A stretch of 64,000 bases of DNA from Eledone cirrhosa (Eukaryota): assembly GCA_964016885.1 (NCBI GenBank), contig OZ024743.1, positions 87,978,001 through 88,042,000 of the forward strand. Reading direction: 5' to 3'. The notes beneath the pieces are model-generated. The model made no database searches. It was not told where the DNA came from and saw only the letters and a list, made by a program, of their open reading frames with translations. Every line of letters starts with the position of its first letter. Position 1 is the first letter of the stretch. Below are positions 26,680-39,807 of this stretch, piece by piece. The translations under genes and the position numbers were made by a program.

Positions 26680-27096
26680 GGTATTAGAAGTGCAAATTAA
26701 TTGCGTCCGCAGGCGGTATGCCAAGATGGGCACTTGATGCTCATGGGGAGCAGTATATAAATAATAATTGTTTCTACTTTTGGCACAAGGCCAGCAATTA
26801 TCCCAGTGAATTACTGGTACTTTATTTTATCGACCCCGTAAGGATGAAAGGCAAAGTTAACCTCGGCGGGATTTGAACTCAGAATGGCAAGGGCCGTAAC
26901 TTTATGTGTCAAAGCATGGCGTTCGACCCTCTACCGATACTGCCAATCCACTAATAATAATATATAAGGGAACAAAGAATCAGTGTTGCATCATATACAT
27001 ATTTAGTTACATATTACATATGTTTCACTGCCGATCAGCTCGAGGAACGTTCGATGTTCGATTCTGATTCTGGAATCGGAAGCTCCACAGATATGT
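26680..27096 (-). mobile_element. Diverged family D element with hammerhead 27009-27096, interrupted by a SINE
   Basis: acatat-CTGTGGA-[57 nt]-GAAA-catatg-TA-atatgt; tail homologous to 26198-26275. Confidence 0.7.
26762..26951 (-). mobile_element. SINE family A
   Basis: Full-length, A/B boxes intact. Confidence 0.92.
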
Positions 27097-27357
27097 GGTG
27101 GTGATGATGATGATTATGGTGGTGGTTGTGGTGGTGGTGGTGGTCGTCGTCGTCGTCGTCGTTTTAGTGATGGTGGAGATGATGGTGTTGGCGGCGGTGG
27201 TGATGATGATGGTGATGGTGTTGGTTGTAGTGATGGTGGTGGCAGTGGTGGTGGTGGTGGTGGTCAAGTGAGAGGTGTCAACAGCTTTAATGTCGCAATT
27301 AGTGAGTTATTTACTGTCAATATGTCATTCCTTATAGCTGACACACTAACACCTACT

Positions 27358-27416
<59 letters not shown>

Positions 27417-27825
27417 ATATATACATATATATATGCATATATACAGACATACGCGCATAGACATATACATACGCACATACATATACACATGAACATACAC
27501 ACACAAAGTAACACACATATACACACACAGAGATACACTGTACTGAAATGTCTTCTTTCCTCTCTTTCTTATTCTCTATTTCTATCTTCTCTCTCCCCTC
27601 CTCTCTCTCTCCCTCTCTAGTCTCTCTCCTCCTCTCTCTCACCCCTCCCCACTCTACTATGATAAATACCTCTAATTACTCTCATTGTCTTTATTCAAAC
27701 TATTTAATTACGCATGTGATGTGCATATTGTTGTTGATGATGTTGTTGTTGCAGTTATTTAGCCCTAGGCCAGCCTTGAATGAGTTCCATCCGGGGACAT
27801 CTCGTCTAGTCACAACTAATAGGTA

Positions 27826-27910
27826 TACGAGGGTCGACTGAAAAGTTGATAATCTGTGACCAAGATACTCTCATGGAATGACCAAATGAGGTTTATTTTT
27901 CAACATAGTC
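27826..27910 (+). mobile_element. mariner-type terminal fragment
   Basis: TA-CGAGGGtcgactgAAAAGT start and tttatttttcaacatagtc, resembling irritans/Hsmar2-type ends. Confidence 0.5.
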
Positions 27911-28329
27911 TGTAGAAAGAAACAATGCAGTTATTAATAAGAAGAGTTGAAATAAAAGCATACAAGATTTCACAATTCTAGCGTCACTCCTTCATTGTCA
28001 GCCTATTAACTTAACAGCCAACCTTCATAGAGAGAAGGGGACATTTATATTTTATGCTAGGAAGCCACATTAAAATTAACTGACATCCATCGAAGCCATA
28101 TTTTGAAAAATAAAATATTGTCTCGCCAAATCTCAACTGTTTTGTGAAATATAATTATTTATAAATTTAATGGCGATGCCCCAGCATGGCCTCAGCATGT
28201 CGGCTGGAACACGTAACAGAGTAATAGAGTAATAAAAACTGTAATGAAAATCTAAAAAAATATCTTTATCGAATCTTTTAATGGCAGTTTTTATGGTTGC
28301 TTCTTATGGGAAGTCATTGGATTAAGGGA

Positions 28330-28680
28330 CAACTAGGCTGTGGTAAGGGACCTCACAATATTTAATAGGCTTCGAAATGATTGTTTTTTTCTATCACAAC
28401 AAATCCAATTCGGTCATAAACACGGCCCCTGTCACTCGTAACGTAAAGGAAGCGGAAGATATCACAATACAGGAATTTGACCGACTGCGTCACTTTCATG
28501 CTGGTCGCCATCGAGTCTTCGGATGTATTTGGTACCCGAACTGCTGTTTTTCTCCACAAAATCGGGGGGGGGGGGTATCCCCCCCTGAGGTGGAATGGCT
28601 GATGCAGCAGATGTCGCTGGCTGTTCTCCGAGGCAATACTTTTGCCATCTTGTCAGTGAGAAGCAGCCGAATGATACTAC
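28330..28680 (+). mobile_element. CRE-type (RLE) non-LTR retrotransposon C-terminal remnant
   Basis: Frames give YRNLTDCVTFMLVAIESSDVFG..FLHKIG and EWLMQQMSLAVLRGNTFAIL, like the F.P.AVET.G..G / QR.S.A.QRGNA motif. Confidence 0.65.
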
Positions 28681-28734
28681 CCTAACAGTGTAGAGTTTTG
28701 TTCCTTTCTTTCTGTCTTTTCTTTTTTTCATTCA

Positions 28735-29082
28735 TGCTTTGTGGCATTGAGTTACGTCCCTTCATGTTCTGATTCCAAATCCCACCGAGGTGAGCTTTGC
28801 CTTTCATCCTTACGGGGTTGATAAAATAAAGTACCAGTAACAACCCCCCCAAAAAAATTGTTGGCCTTGTACCGAAATCAAAAGCCATTAGAGTGGTGGA
28901 TTGGCAGAATCAGTAGAGCGTTAGAAACATGTTTAGCGGAATAAAGTTATGGCCCTTTACGATCTGAATTCACATCCCGCCGGGGTTAACTTTGTCTTTC
29001 ATCCTTACGGGGTCGATGAAATAAAGTACCAGTAATGCACTGATATAATTGCTGGCCTTGTGCCAAAAGTAGAAACTATTAT
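28735..29082 (+). mobile_element. Two tandem SINE family A copies
   Basis: Central domain twice; second copy full-length from ~28893. Confidence 0.85.
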
Positions 29083-29299
29083 TTAATTTTACCCCCCCCC
29101 CCCCTTTTTTTTTCTCTTTTTCCTGTTTATTACTTTATTTTTATCTATTTTCTCTTTTAATCCGTTCATCATTATAAACTTCTGTTCGACAATTAAATTC
29201 TTCGTACGCCAAGGCTCCTATGGACTTTTCTGCTTGGAGTCCCTTGCTAGCTTAATCTGCCTCATGTCCCAACGTAGAAGTTCTTATCAAACGTTATGC

Positions 29300-29640
29300 T
29301 TCTTTCAGGTCACACTCACTCTTTCAGAAGGCCACACTTATTTTTTAAGAAGGCTACATTCAGTCTTTCAAAAGGCCATACTCAATCTTTCAGAAGGCCA
29401 CACTCAGTCTTTCAGAAGGCTACTCTCAGTCGTTTAGAAGGTCACACTCAGTCGTTTAGAAGGCCACACTCAGTCTTTCAGAAGGCCACACTCACTCATT
29501 TAGGTCACACTCATTCTTTCAGAAGGCTACTCTCAGTCCTTCAGAAGGTCACACAGTTGTTCAGAAGGCCAGTGATATCAGAGGACCACACACATACAAT
29601 CTTTCAGAAAGCCACACTTAGTCTTTCAAAAGACCACATG
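29300..29640. repeat. ~22-bp degenerate minisatellite
   Basis: ttcagaaggccacactcagtct units. Confidence 0.85.
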
Positions 29641-29870
29641 TGGTCTTAAGACCTCAGGTTCCCACCACCACCATCACCATCACCACCACCATCACCATCA
29701 CCACCACCATCACCACCACCATCACCACCATCTCCCCAGCTATAGAGAAATATACTGTACAATGTTTCCTTCTTTATTTTAAAGTGCGTAAATGTTTGTG
29801 TTGAACATATGTGCATATACATGTGTGGGCTGTATATTTACATACACACACAAACACTCACACACACGCT

Positions 29871-29909
<39 letters not shown>

Positions 29910-30759
29910 TCACACACATATATACCTTGCACAACACAAGCACACGCTTATTAGCCACATATATTCACCCACATTTTTATGCAGATATTCATAGTTACAC
30001 CATCATGTATATATATATGTGTGTGTGTTGCTGTATATGTGTGTCTAACAACATGTGTACATTTGGGTGGTGATACTTATCTATGTGCGCACTCACACAC
30101 ACACACATATATATATATTTATATATTAATATATGCGTACATATATATGTGTATGTCTGTATGCGGCGAATCACATGTGTAATATTTATGTCAACACATT
30201 AGATTGTTTGACTTAATGCTATTACTATATAAACATGTCCCATTGTGTGTGTGTATATATATGTGTGTGTGTGTGTAGGCGCGGATTAAGCTAACATGAG
30301 ACCCTTAAAATATCGTAAGGACCCTGGCTAAAGCGAACTCAGGCCCTCCCTCCCCCGTAATCTGCAATAGTATGTGCCTGTGTGTTCTTTCATTTTTTTA
30401 TTCTTTTAATTATTTCAGTCATCAGACTGCGACCATGGTGGAGCACGGCCATGACGGTATTTAGTGTATCAATAGCCCCCCCCCCCCCCCAGTACTTTTC
30501 TTTTCTCAAGTCTGGTGCTTAATTTCTTGATCACACTTTATCTTTTTCTTGAACCACCAAGTCACGGAATATAAACACAACACCTAAAGACACACATAGC
30601 CAAACCCTAAACCCCACATGCATACATCAATACATATGTATAATATTCAACATAGTTTCCTGCTACCAAATGTCACTTACATGGCACATGTTCTACGCAG
30701 TGAAACTGGACTAGAAACCACGTTATTGCATAACATCTTCATTAGCCTGTGCGTGTATT

Positions 30760-30810
<51 letters not shown>

Positions 30811-30813
<3 letters not shown>

Positions 30814-31679
30814 CAATAAAGTATGTCCATAGAATCATTTGATAAAATATATACATTATTTCCTCTCCCAATCAGCATAATCAACCACACAAAAAAACAA
30901 TTAAACAAGGCTATAAGATTAAAAGGCACCTATGAAGAAATAATAGATAAATAAACGACAGCTATCTATCCGCGATCAACAGCTATAGAATATTTACCCA
31001 CCATTTCTAATAGCACGTGGAAATCGATTAGATATATCGTCAACCATACACAGTTAGGTATAAAATCAAAGTTAGAAGAAAAAATGTATATAAGCAACCA
31101 AAATTATGTTTCTACCCCATGAGGTTTCATTTGCATTTTGGAAATATCCGATCAAGGATAAATTCACGAGTTATGAAATCATCAGGAAACAAACTCACTT
31201 GGACGAAGATTTTTCTTAAATGATCTCCGCCAGAAACGAATTCAAAATGGCTAAGAACTGTGACGTGGCAGTGGTCAAGTCAGAAAAAATGAGATTGGTG
31301 CCTTACGGCGAGTGATTTCGAAACTCGTGAATTTATCCTTGATCGGATATTTCCAAAAAGCGAATGAAACTTCATGGGGTAGAAACATAATTTTGGTATG
31401 TTTATATACATTTTTTCTTCTAACTTTGATTTTTATACCTAATTGTGCATGGTTGACGATATATTTAATCGATTTCCACGTGCTATTAGAAATGCAGGGT
31501 AAATATTCTATAGCTGTTGATCGCAAATAGATAGCTGTCGTTTATTTATCTATTATTTCTTCATAGGTGCCTTTTAATCTTATAGCCTTGTTTAATTGTT
31601 TTTTTTGTGTTGTTGTTTATGCTGATTGGAAGAGGAAATAATGTATATATTTTATCAAATGATTCTATAGACATACTTT

Positions 31680-31686
<7 letters not shown>
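30811..31686. mobile_element. Fold-back element in (TA)n: ~370-bp arms (30811-31181/31313-31686), 131-bp loop
   Basis: Arms reverse-complementary with scattered substitutions. Confidence 0.88.
31107..31191 (-). ncRNA. Type-I hammerhead with 50-nt stem II
   Basis: tgtttc-CTGATGA-t[..]t-GAAA-cctc(at)gggg-TA-gaaaca; the right arm carries a copy truncated inside the core. Confidence 0.75.
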
Positions 31687-31738
<52 letters not shown>

Positions 31739-31742
<4 letters not shown>

Positions 31743-31984
31743 AGTAAATATGTTTTGAAACAGTGAGCAGGTTTGAAATTATAAAATAGAACAGCTTTCA
31801 CCGTATTTTTTTACTAAAGAAATTTTAGTCTGATAATGGGGTTTAGACCCTCAGATAAATGGAAAAAGATGAGTATTGACGTACATACGTCAATACTCAT
31901 CTTTTTCCATTTATCTGAGGGTTCTAAACCCCTTTATCAGACTAAAATTTCTTTAGTAAACAAATACGGTGAAAGCTATTCTAT
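31739..31984. mobile_element. Fold-back element in (TA)n: ~98-bp arms (31786-31883/31886-31984), 2-nt loop, tail 31739-31785
   Basis: Centre ..gagtattgacgta-ca-tacgtcaatactc.. Confidence 0.85.
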
Positions 31985-32315
31985 ATATATATATATTTAT
32001 ATATATATATACGTATATATATATATATACGTATATATATATATATACGTATATATATATATATATATAATTTATATGTTATATATATTTTTATATTTAT
32101 TCGTGTGTATATATATATGTGCGTGTGTGTGTGGAGAGAGGGATTGGGAGAATCGCATACAATTAATTATATATATATATACAATAAAACTTCAAGAGGA
32201 GGGGGGCAAATAGGAAATAGAGAATTACATCATTTAATGAAGGGCGATGGCAGCTTGCTATGTAAACTTGGCAATACATGGTCAGTTCATGCACACACCA
32301 CCACCACCACTCACT

Positions 32316-32925
32316 CATACATGGTGGCTGCCAACTCGTTTTCGAGTACGGCCACTACTTTATATCCATCTAGGAGAACCCCTACCGATGCGCTGAACGA
32401 GTGTGACTTTTGAGTCCAGCCAGCGACTTGTAAACTCTGGTACAAACACTACACTTGTGACAATTATTGACACATAGTGCTGGGCCCATGGTACCATGTG
32501 ACGACAAGTGCAGAGAGATCTCCAGATATAAAGCAATGCCTGTGCCGTGAAGCTTTTATAGTGAGCAAAGGCACTGCACAAAGCCAGTCCCACTCTCTTA
32601 ACCAAGATGATATTTACCAAAAAGAAGAACAAGTCAACATCATTGGATACCATCAGGGTTGCAGGTGTTATATCAGAGTTTTCCTTCTCCTAGAATTCTG
32701 CCTTGACAAAGGCTAAGGGGTCATCTCTCCCGGTGATTTTGGATGGCCATTGACTCTTAAGAGCTCCTTTGCCCTTTGACAGGTTTGCTTTTAGTCCTGC
32801 AGGATGTCCAAAGTCACCCTCCTCACCAAGAACCTTGGTGGGATTGCCAGTTTAGTCGCCAACGACCCGACCATGAGACAGGTTGTACTGGGATACATGT
32901 TACCAGTAGCACCAACTGGTGACCT

Positions 32926-32926
<1 letters not shown>
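32316..32926 (-). mobile_element. Family E retroposon, longest copy
   Basis: Near-identical to 8975-9427 and extends ~160 bp further; abuts (CA)n. Confidence 0.85.
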
Positions 32927-33000
<74 letters not shown>

Positions 33001-33005
<5 letters not shown>

Positions 33006-33482
33006 TACATACATACATACATACATACATACATACATACATACATACATACATACATACATACATACATGGTGGCTGCCAACTCGTTTTCGAGTACGGC
33101 CACTACTTTATATCCATGTAGGAGAACCCCTACCGATGCGCTGAACGAGTGTGACTTTTTAGTCCAGCCAGCGACTTGAAAACTCTGGTACAAACACTAC
33201 ACTTGTGACAATTATTGACACATAGTGCTGGGCCCATGGTACCATGTGACGACAAGTGCAGAGAGATCTCCAGATATAAAGCAATGCCTGTGCCGTGAAG
33301 CTTTTATAGTGAGCAAAGGCACTGCACAAAGCCAGTCCCACTCTCTTAACCAAGATGATATTTACCAAAAAGAAGAACAAGTCAACATCATTGGATACCA
33401 TCAGGGTTGCAGGTGTTATATCAGAGTTTTCCTTCTCCTAGAATTCTGCCTTGACAAAGGCTAAGGGGTCATCTCTCCCGGA
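33001..33482 (-). mobile_element. Family E retroposon in tandem, (TACA)n on both sides
   Basis: Near-identical to preceding copy. Confidence 0.85.
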
Positions 33483-33486
33483 TACA

Positions 33487-33517
<31 letters not shown>

Positions 33518-33522
33518 TTGTG

Positions 33523-33805
33523 TACTCTCGGGTCTCAAATAATAAGGGGTGGGGAATAAGTGGGGTTGGAAAATCAGTAATTTTTCTAGGTTATCGCCGT
33601 CGAGTTTTTTAAAAACCAGAGTTAGTTGTTTAGTTTTCATATTGAGACTCCAACCCATCTTATTTATTTTATAAGATATGGGATTTCTAGTAATGTACAT
33701 TTTTGTCATGTATAATGTTTTTTTAAAGTATAAAGAAAATTAATTGTCGCAGGAATGCTACCACTTAAAATAAAATTTCTCAGGTGATAGATTAAGAAAA
33801 TTTAA
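33523..33805. mobile_element. TA-flanked MITE family G, partial
   Basis: Starts tactctcgggtctcaaataat as in 45121. Confidence 0.65.
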
Positions 33806-33809
33806 TTTG

Positions 33810-33985
33810 TCGATCGAAATTATTCAAATCGGACCGAGGAAACAGTGTTTCCGTTGGTCTTTCCAATTACTAATACTATCTAGCGGTCGCAACTCCAGGA
33901 CATAACGCATCGCTCGATACAGGTATCGAACTGTCAACCTCACGAATGCGAATCCAATTCTCTAACCAATCAGCCACACACCTTT
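33810..33985 (-). mobile_element. SINE family B
   Basis: Homologous to 17455-17640 with tRNA-like head (gtggctgattggttagag..). Confidence 0.65.
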
Positions 33986-34009
33986 CACTACACATATATC
34001 TATATTTGT

Positions 34010-34203
34010 ATATATTTATGTACGCATATAAGACGCACTTTTCCTCCCAAAATGGCCCAGAAAATCACCCTGTGACTTATAAAGTTAAGAGTCAGTTTGG
34101 GTCATCGGCTCGTGGAATTCTAGTGCCGGAGTGGCCCTTAAATTAAACCGAAAATTGAGGTGCGTCATATAAGCCCATGCATCTTATAAGCCGTCAAATA
34201 TGT
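34010..34203. mobile_element. Tc2/pogo-like MITE
   Basis: tataagacgcac ... gtgcgtcatataag..cttataagccgtcaaata subterminal motifs. Confidence 0.55.
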
Positions 34204-34375
34204 TACACATACACACACTGGGACATGTTTATATACACACACACACTGAGGCACGCACATGCACGCCACACACACACACACCTTGTCCCATCCATAGATG
34301 TTTATGCACACACGCATATATATATATATATATATGTGTGTGTGCGTGTGTGATTAAACATGAGTAAGACAAGGA

Positions 34376-34414
<39 letters not shown>

Positions 34415-34421
34415 GTACCAA

Positions 34422-34498
<77 letters not shown>

Positions 34499-34509
34499 AT
34501 GTCCCAATC

Positions 34510-34541
<32 letters not shown>

Positions 34542-34554
34542 CAAAATATACACA

Positions 34555-34630
34555 CAGGGTGTCCCCCAAAAATGTATACACCCTTCAACACCATTCTCTA
34601 ATAAATGTATGTATACATTTTGGGGGAATA

Positions 34631-34635
<5 letters not shown>
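34555..34635. mobile_element. Tiny Tc1/mariner-like MITE
   Basis: TIRs cagggtgtcccccaaaaatgtatac / gtatacattttgggggaataccgtg. Confidence 0.6.
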
Positions 34636-34682
<47 letters not shown>

Positions 34683-35857
34683 GCGTGTGCGTGTGCGTGT
34701 GTGTCTGTGTGTGTGTACAGATAGCAGCTGAGTTGGCGAGTGAAATGTTTATGTAGAAAAAGATTTACAAGGGACATAACTGTAACAGACTTGATAAAAA
34801 CAAGTTCGATATTATCGACTGTATAACTAACTATAAACAGTTGTGTATATTTATTTTTTACGGTTTAGTGGGGGAGATAAGAAGAAACAGTTCCCATGAC
34901 CCTTTTCATGGCCCCAGAGATTGATGAGAGAGAAAGTAAGGGAGGGAGAGAGAAGGGGCTTCCTATAACCGAAGATGTGCTCCCAATATTTACAACAGAA
35001 CTCCGTTAAAAGCACCCAAGGGCTATACCAGGTGGTGGTGTTAAACCGGCTTGTGTATTTAATCTATCACTTAAGTAGGCCACACCACCTTTTTAACTAA
35101 CAAGACAAAGGGACGGGAGGGAACAAACTCCGCAAGGCACCTTGTTCCATGCTGATACAATTCTGAAATACCATTATTTTATTTTTTTTATCAAACCCCA
35201 AAAGGATGAAAGACGAGGTTGTGTGTGTCTGTGTAAGTCTGTATATGTGTGTGTTTGTGTGTTTGTTTATAAGTGTGTGTTTGTTTATATTTGTGTGTTT
35301 GTTTATGTGTGTGTATGTGTGTTTGACACAACATGGTAAAGAGTTGGGACTTAAATTAGGAACTAGTCACACACACAGCTTTCTTCATATTTTAGTAAAA
35401 CCTGCAACGTTGTATGTTATTGTTGAAACAATTCAATTTCGTTGTTTGAAGTACTGTCTCTCCCCCACCACTACTGTCTCTCCCACACAACTATCTCCAC
35501 CACCACCACACAAGTATCTCCCCCTCCTCCACCACAACTATCTCTCACTCCCCTCCCAAATAGTTTGTCAGTTAACCCTTACCCTTCTCCCCGACACCTG
35601 ACTGACAGTTAAGTAATACATCATAAAGGCGGGATTCCTTTCTGTGGGACTGCTCTTATTGAAGTTTTTATTTTTTTGATGTTCTTTTTTCGTTGTTGTT
35701 ATTGTTGTCCTTTTCTTTTTTACATCCATTATATCCACGTTCAAACAAAACCTGGTGAAAAATGTGGGTGGGGGGGTCATACTAAATTGTATTGCTTTGT
35801 ACCCCCCCCCCACACACACACTTCTCTCTCTCTCTCTCTCACACACACATATATATA

Positions 35858-36155
35858 GTTGCTTCTAGTTTTGGCACAAGGCCAGCAATTAATCCAGTGT
35901 ATTGCTGGTACTTTATTTTATCGACCCCGTAAGGATGAAAGGCAAAGTTAACCTCGGCAGGATTTGAACTCAGACCATAAAGGGCCGTAATTCTTTGCTG
36001 CAAAGCATGGCGTCCGACCCTCTACCGATACTGCCAATCCACATATATATAATTGTTTCTACTTTTGGCACAAGGCCAGCAAATACCCAGTATATTACTG
36101 GTACTTTATTTTATCGACCCCGTAAGGATGAAAGGCAAAGTTAACCTGGGCGGGC
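35858..36155 (-). mobile_element. SINE family A, one full and one truncated copy
   Basis: Consensus match. Confidence 0.9.
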
Positions 36156-36189
36156 TCTTTATCTATTTCATCTTCTATATCTCATTCTA

Positions 36190-36225
36190 TCTTCTGGTGA
36201 AGGACTAATGTCCGAAACGTTAAGA
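36190..36225 (+). ncRNA. Minimal type-I hammerhead (family F element 36190-36311)
   Basis: tctt-CTGGTGA-a-ggac(taat)gtcc-GAAA-cg-TT-aaga; palindromic AACGTT stem III. Confidence 0.7.
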
Positions 36226-36689
36226 CTCTTTTCCTATTATTTCAAGCGTTAAATTGATATATTTCTACACTGTACTGTGTCGTTTGCTTTGTTATTTCTG
36301 TTTACATTTAACACACACACACGCACACGCACACACACACACACACTACAACCAGAATGGGAAAGCGATAGACGGGTGAACTTTAATCGGAAATTGATCA
36401 ACTAGATTGATCTATTAGATATTGATTTGGATTATCGATTCATTAGGTATTGATTTCAGTCAGATTTACCTGATATTTATTGATCTGAATTATCAATTAA
36501 ATAAATTATTAATCTAATACATATTGATTAAATTATTGATATTTTACATGTTGATTTCAACAATTGATTAAATTATTGATCTAAGCCAGGTTGACCTACT
36601 TACTATTGATTAAATTATTGATCTAAGGCAGGTTGACCTACTTACTATTGATCTAAGCCGTATTGATCTGTTATCTATTACTTCCAACG

Positions 36690-36865
36690 ATAGCCCAGTG
36701 GACTGAGGCAATGATGAAATATTTAGACTATCGTGCTCTGTATTGAGAAACATAACCAAGTTGGCTCCCCTCGAGTGTGAGCCTTGCCAGCTGGAATGGC
36801 TCTTCCATTGCATCTCTGTCACCATCTTCCGGGGAAACGTCTTCTCTATTATGTCCGCCGTGGCC
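36690..36865 (+). mobile_element. Second CRE-type RLE C-terminal remnant
   Basis: LEWLFHCISVTIFRGNVFSIM, parallel to 28590-28650. Confidence 0.55.
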
Positions 36866-36902
36866 CCAGGGCGGCCAGCACATGGGCCCCCATTTGCTTA
36901 TA

Positions 36903-37360
36903 ATAGTGAGAGATGGAGAGAGCGTGAGAGACGGAGGTAGTGGCAGTGGGAGTTTGGTTCCATTGTATTTAGACCTGGTATATATGTATATATTAGTGAG
37001 AGGTGGTGAGAGTGGAAGAGACAGAGGCAGCAGAGACAGTGGGAGTTTGGTTCCTTTGTATTTAGACCTGGTATATATGTATATATTAGTGAGAGGTGGT
37101 GAGAGTGGAAGAGACAGAGGCAGCAGAGACAGTGGGAGTTTGGTTCCTTTGTATTTAGACCTGGTATATATGTATATATTAGTGAGAGATGGGGAGAGTG
37201 GAAGAGACAGAGGCAGCAGAGACAGTGGGAGTTTGGTTCCTTTGTGTTCGGACCTGGTATATATGTATATATTAGTGAGAGATGGTGAGAGTGGTAGAGA
37301 CAGAGGCAGCAGTGGCAGTGGGAGTTTGGTTCCTTTGTATTCAGACCTGGTATATATGTA
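36903..37360. repeat. 93-bp minisatellite, ~5 units
   Basis: ttagtgagag..gagacagaggcagc..gggagtttggttcctttgtatttagacctggtatatatgtatata. Confidence 0.95.
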
Positions 37361-37642
37361 TGTTTATTTACCACACCACATTAATACTTATAGTTGTTAA
37401 TACTTTTAATCCTTTCAATAAAATAAGTAATGAATGAAATTAAATCACTACATCACATGTGAAAGACCATAGTGATCACTGTAAGTACAAACCTGAAACA
37501 TATTTGAACTCACAACTTATAATTTGATAATATAACTTATCCACTCAGCCACGTCTCCTCGCCACTACTAAATATTGATTTCAAGCATTATGGCCAGCAA
37601 ATTTGGAGGATGGACAAGGTTGATTAAATCAACACCAGTACT

Positions 37643-38124
37643 TACTCTCGAGTCCCAAATAATAGGGGTGGGGGTGAAATAAGCGGGGGTGGACATTTGT
37701 TTAAATTCTTATAAGTTCTTATAAGCAAGGGGGCTAGTCGGTAATTGTATAGTGTGCATTCGTAAATATGGGATTTCTTGTAATGTTCTTTTTTTGTCAT
37801 AATGTTTTTTTTTAATGTAAAATAAAATTATTGGAAGTATCGGTAGAGGGTTTTAATCAACCTTTTCAGCATAGAGTTGCGTCCCTTTATGATCAGAGTT
37901 CAAATCCCGCCGAGGTTAACTTTGCCTTTCATCCTTACGGGGTCGATAAAATAAAGTACCAGTAATGCACTGGGATAATTGCTGGCCTTGTGCCAAAAGT
38001 AGAAACCATTATTAGATTCTCCAGCTGCTGTATCGATATGAATCACTTACAATAAAATTTCACTGGAAATAGATTAGCAAAATTTAATAAGCGGGGTGGG
38101 GCGATTATTCAAGACCTGAGAGTA
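37643..38124. mobile_element. MITE family G containing a SINE A (37830-38012, +) and itself splitting a minus-strand SINE (37575-37642 + 38125-38265)
   Basis: TIRs tactctcgagtcccaaataat / attattcaagacctgagagta. Confidence 0.8.
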
Positions 38125-38912
38125 ACTAGTACTTCATTTTATCGACCCCGGACGGACGAAGGGCAAAGTGGACCTCAGCAGAATTTGAACTCAGAATGTA
38201 AAGAGTCAAAACAAATACGGCAATGGTAGTTGATCCGGCGCTCTACCAATTCTGACAATTCATCTCCCTCACCACAACTAAATGTTCATTTCTGATTTTG
38301 ACAAACTTGGTGGAGGGGGGGGGGGGGGGGTCATCATAGCCGATTAATTCAACCGCAGTAATTGATTGATACTCTACTTTATCGATTTCGCATAGCTGAA
38401 AGGTAAAGTCGACCTTAACGAGATTAAACTTTGTACCATATTCGACGCTCTACCGATTCTTCAAATCCACCAATCTTTGGTGGTTCCTAGTGTTGGAACA
38501 AGGCCGGCAATGTGTTTGTGTTGGGGGGGGGGGTTTATATGCTGTGCTGTTGTTGCTGCTGTTTCTGGTGCAGCTGTTGCTGGTACTGCTGCTGGTGCTG
38601 TTGTTGCTAGGACTGCTGCTGTTGTTGCTGTTGCTGGTGCCGCTGTTGCTGTTGCTGCTGCTGTTGTTGCTGGTGCCGCTGGTACTGCTGCTGCTGTTGT
38701 TGCTGCTGCTGCTACCGTTGCTGCTGTATTGACCTACTGACCGAAGTTGTGTGAGTCACGGTGTCCACCGATGGAACCCACATTTAACGGGGCTGTTATG
38801 GGGGTCGGGGGAAGAGCGACAATCGGCACCTCTCTCTCCGTCTCTCTCTTTCCGTCTCTCCCTCTCTTTCTCTCTCTCTCCGTCTCTCCCTTTCACTCTC
38901 TCCCCTTCTCTC

Positions 38913-38952
<40 letters not shown>

Positions 38953-39626
38953 TACCTCCTCCCTTCTTTCTTCGTGCCTCTCTCACCCTGACTCTCTCAC
39001 TCCTTCTTTCGTTCTCACCTTCTCTCTCTCTTTCTCTCTCTCTCTCACTCTGATTCTGTCACTCCCCCTCTCTCCCTTTCTCTCTCCCTATAACTCTCTA
39101 CTTCTCTCCCTCCCTCCTTCCCTCCCTCCCACTTTCTATTGTTCTGTATCTCCAGCTCCTCCTATCCCTCAGCCTGTTCTCCCTCTTCTTCCATAGAACC
39201 ACTACCACCACCCCCACCATTACCCCCACCCCCAACCACCACCACTAGTCCCCCCCCCAATAACCCCCACCTCTACCATTACCACCATTACCATCACCCC
39301 TCCACTACCCCAGCCCCACTTACCCAACTTCTCTAGAAGCCGTATTTGCCATCAATACACCAAACATCAATTTCCACTCCGCCGCCGCCGCCACAACCAC
39401 CACCACCGCCACCACCACCTCCACCTCTACCTCCACCACCACCTCCACCTCCACCTCCACCTCTACCTCCACCACCACCACCACTACCACCACCGCCACC
39501 ACCACCTCCACCTCTACCTCCACCACCACCACCACCACCACCACCACCTCTTCCTAACCAGTTGAGACAGTAACAAACCGACTTGATGTGTGTGACTGTA
39601 AAAGTGGTTTAGACACGAAGGTTGTT

Positions 39627-39702
<76 letters not shown>

Positions 39703-39772
39703 CAGCAGCAGCAGTAGTAGTAGCAGCAGTAGTAGTAGCAGAAGCAGTAATAGTAGCAGTAGTAGTAGTAGC

Positions 39773-39807
<35 letters not shown>

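Noticed and set aside
32845-32926. HDV-like ribozyme at the 5' end of family E (minus strand)
   Set aside because: P2, P3 and P4-like pairings and a CTAA linker are visible, but there is no room for the P1 3' strand. It is not supportable by eye.
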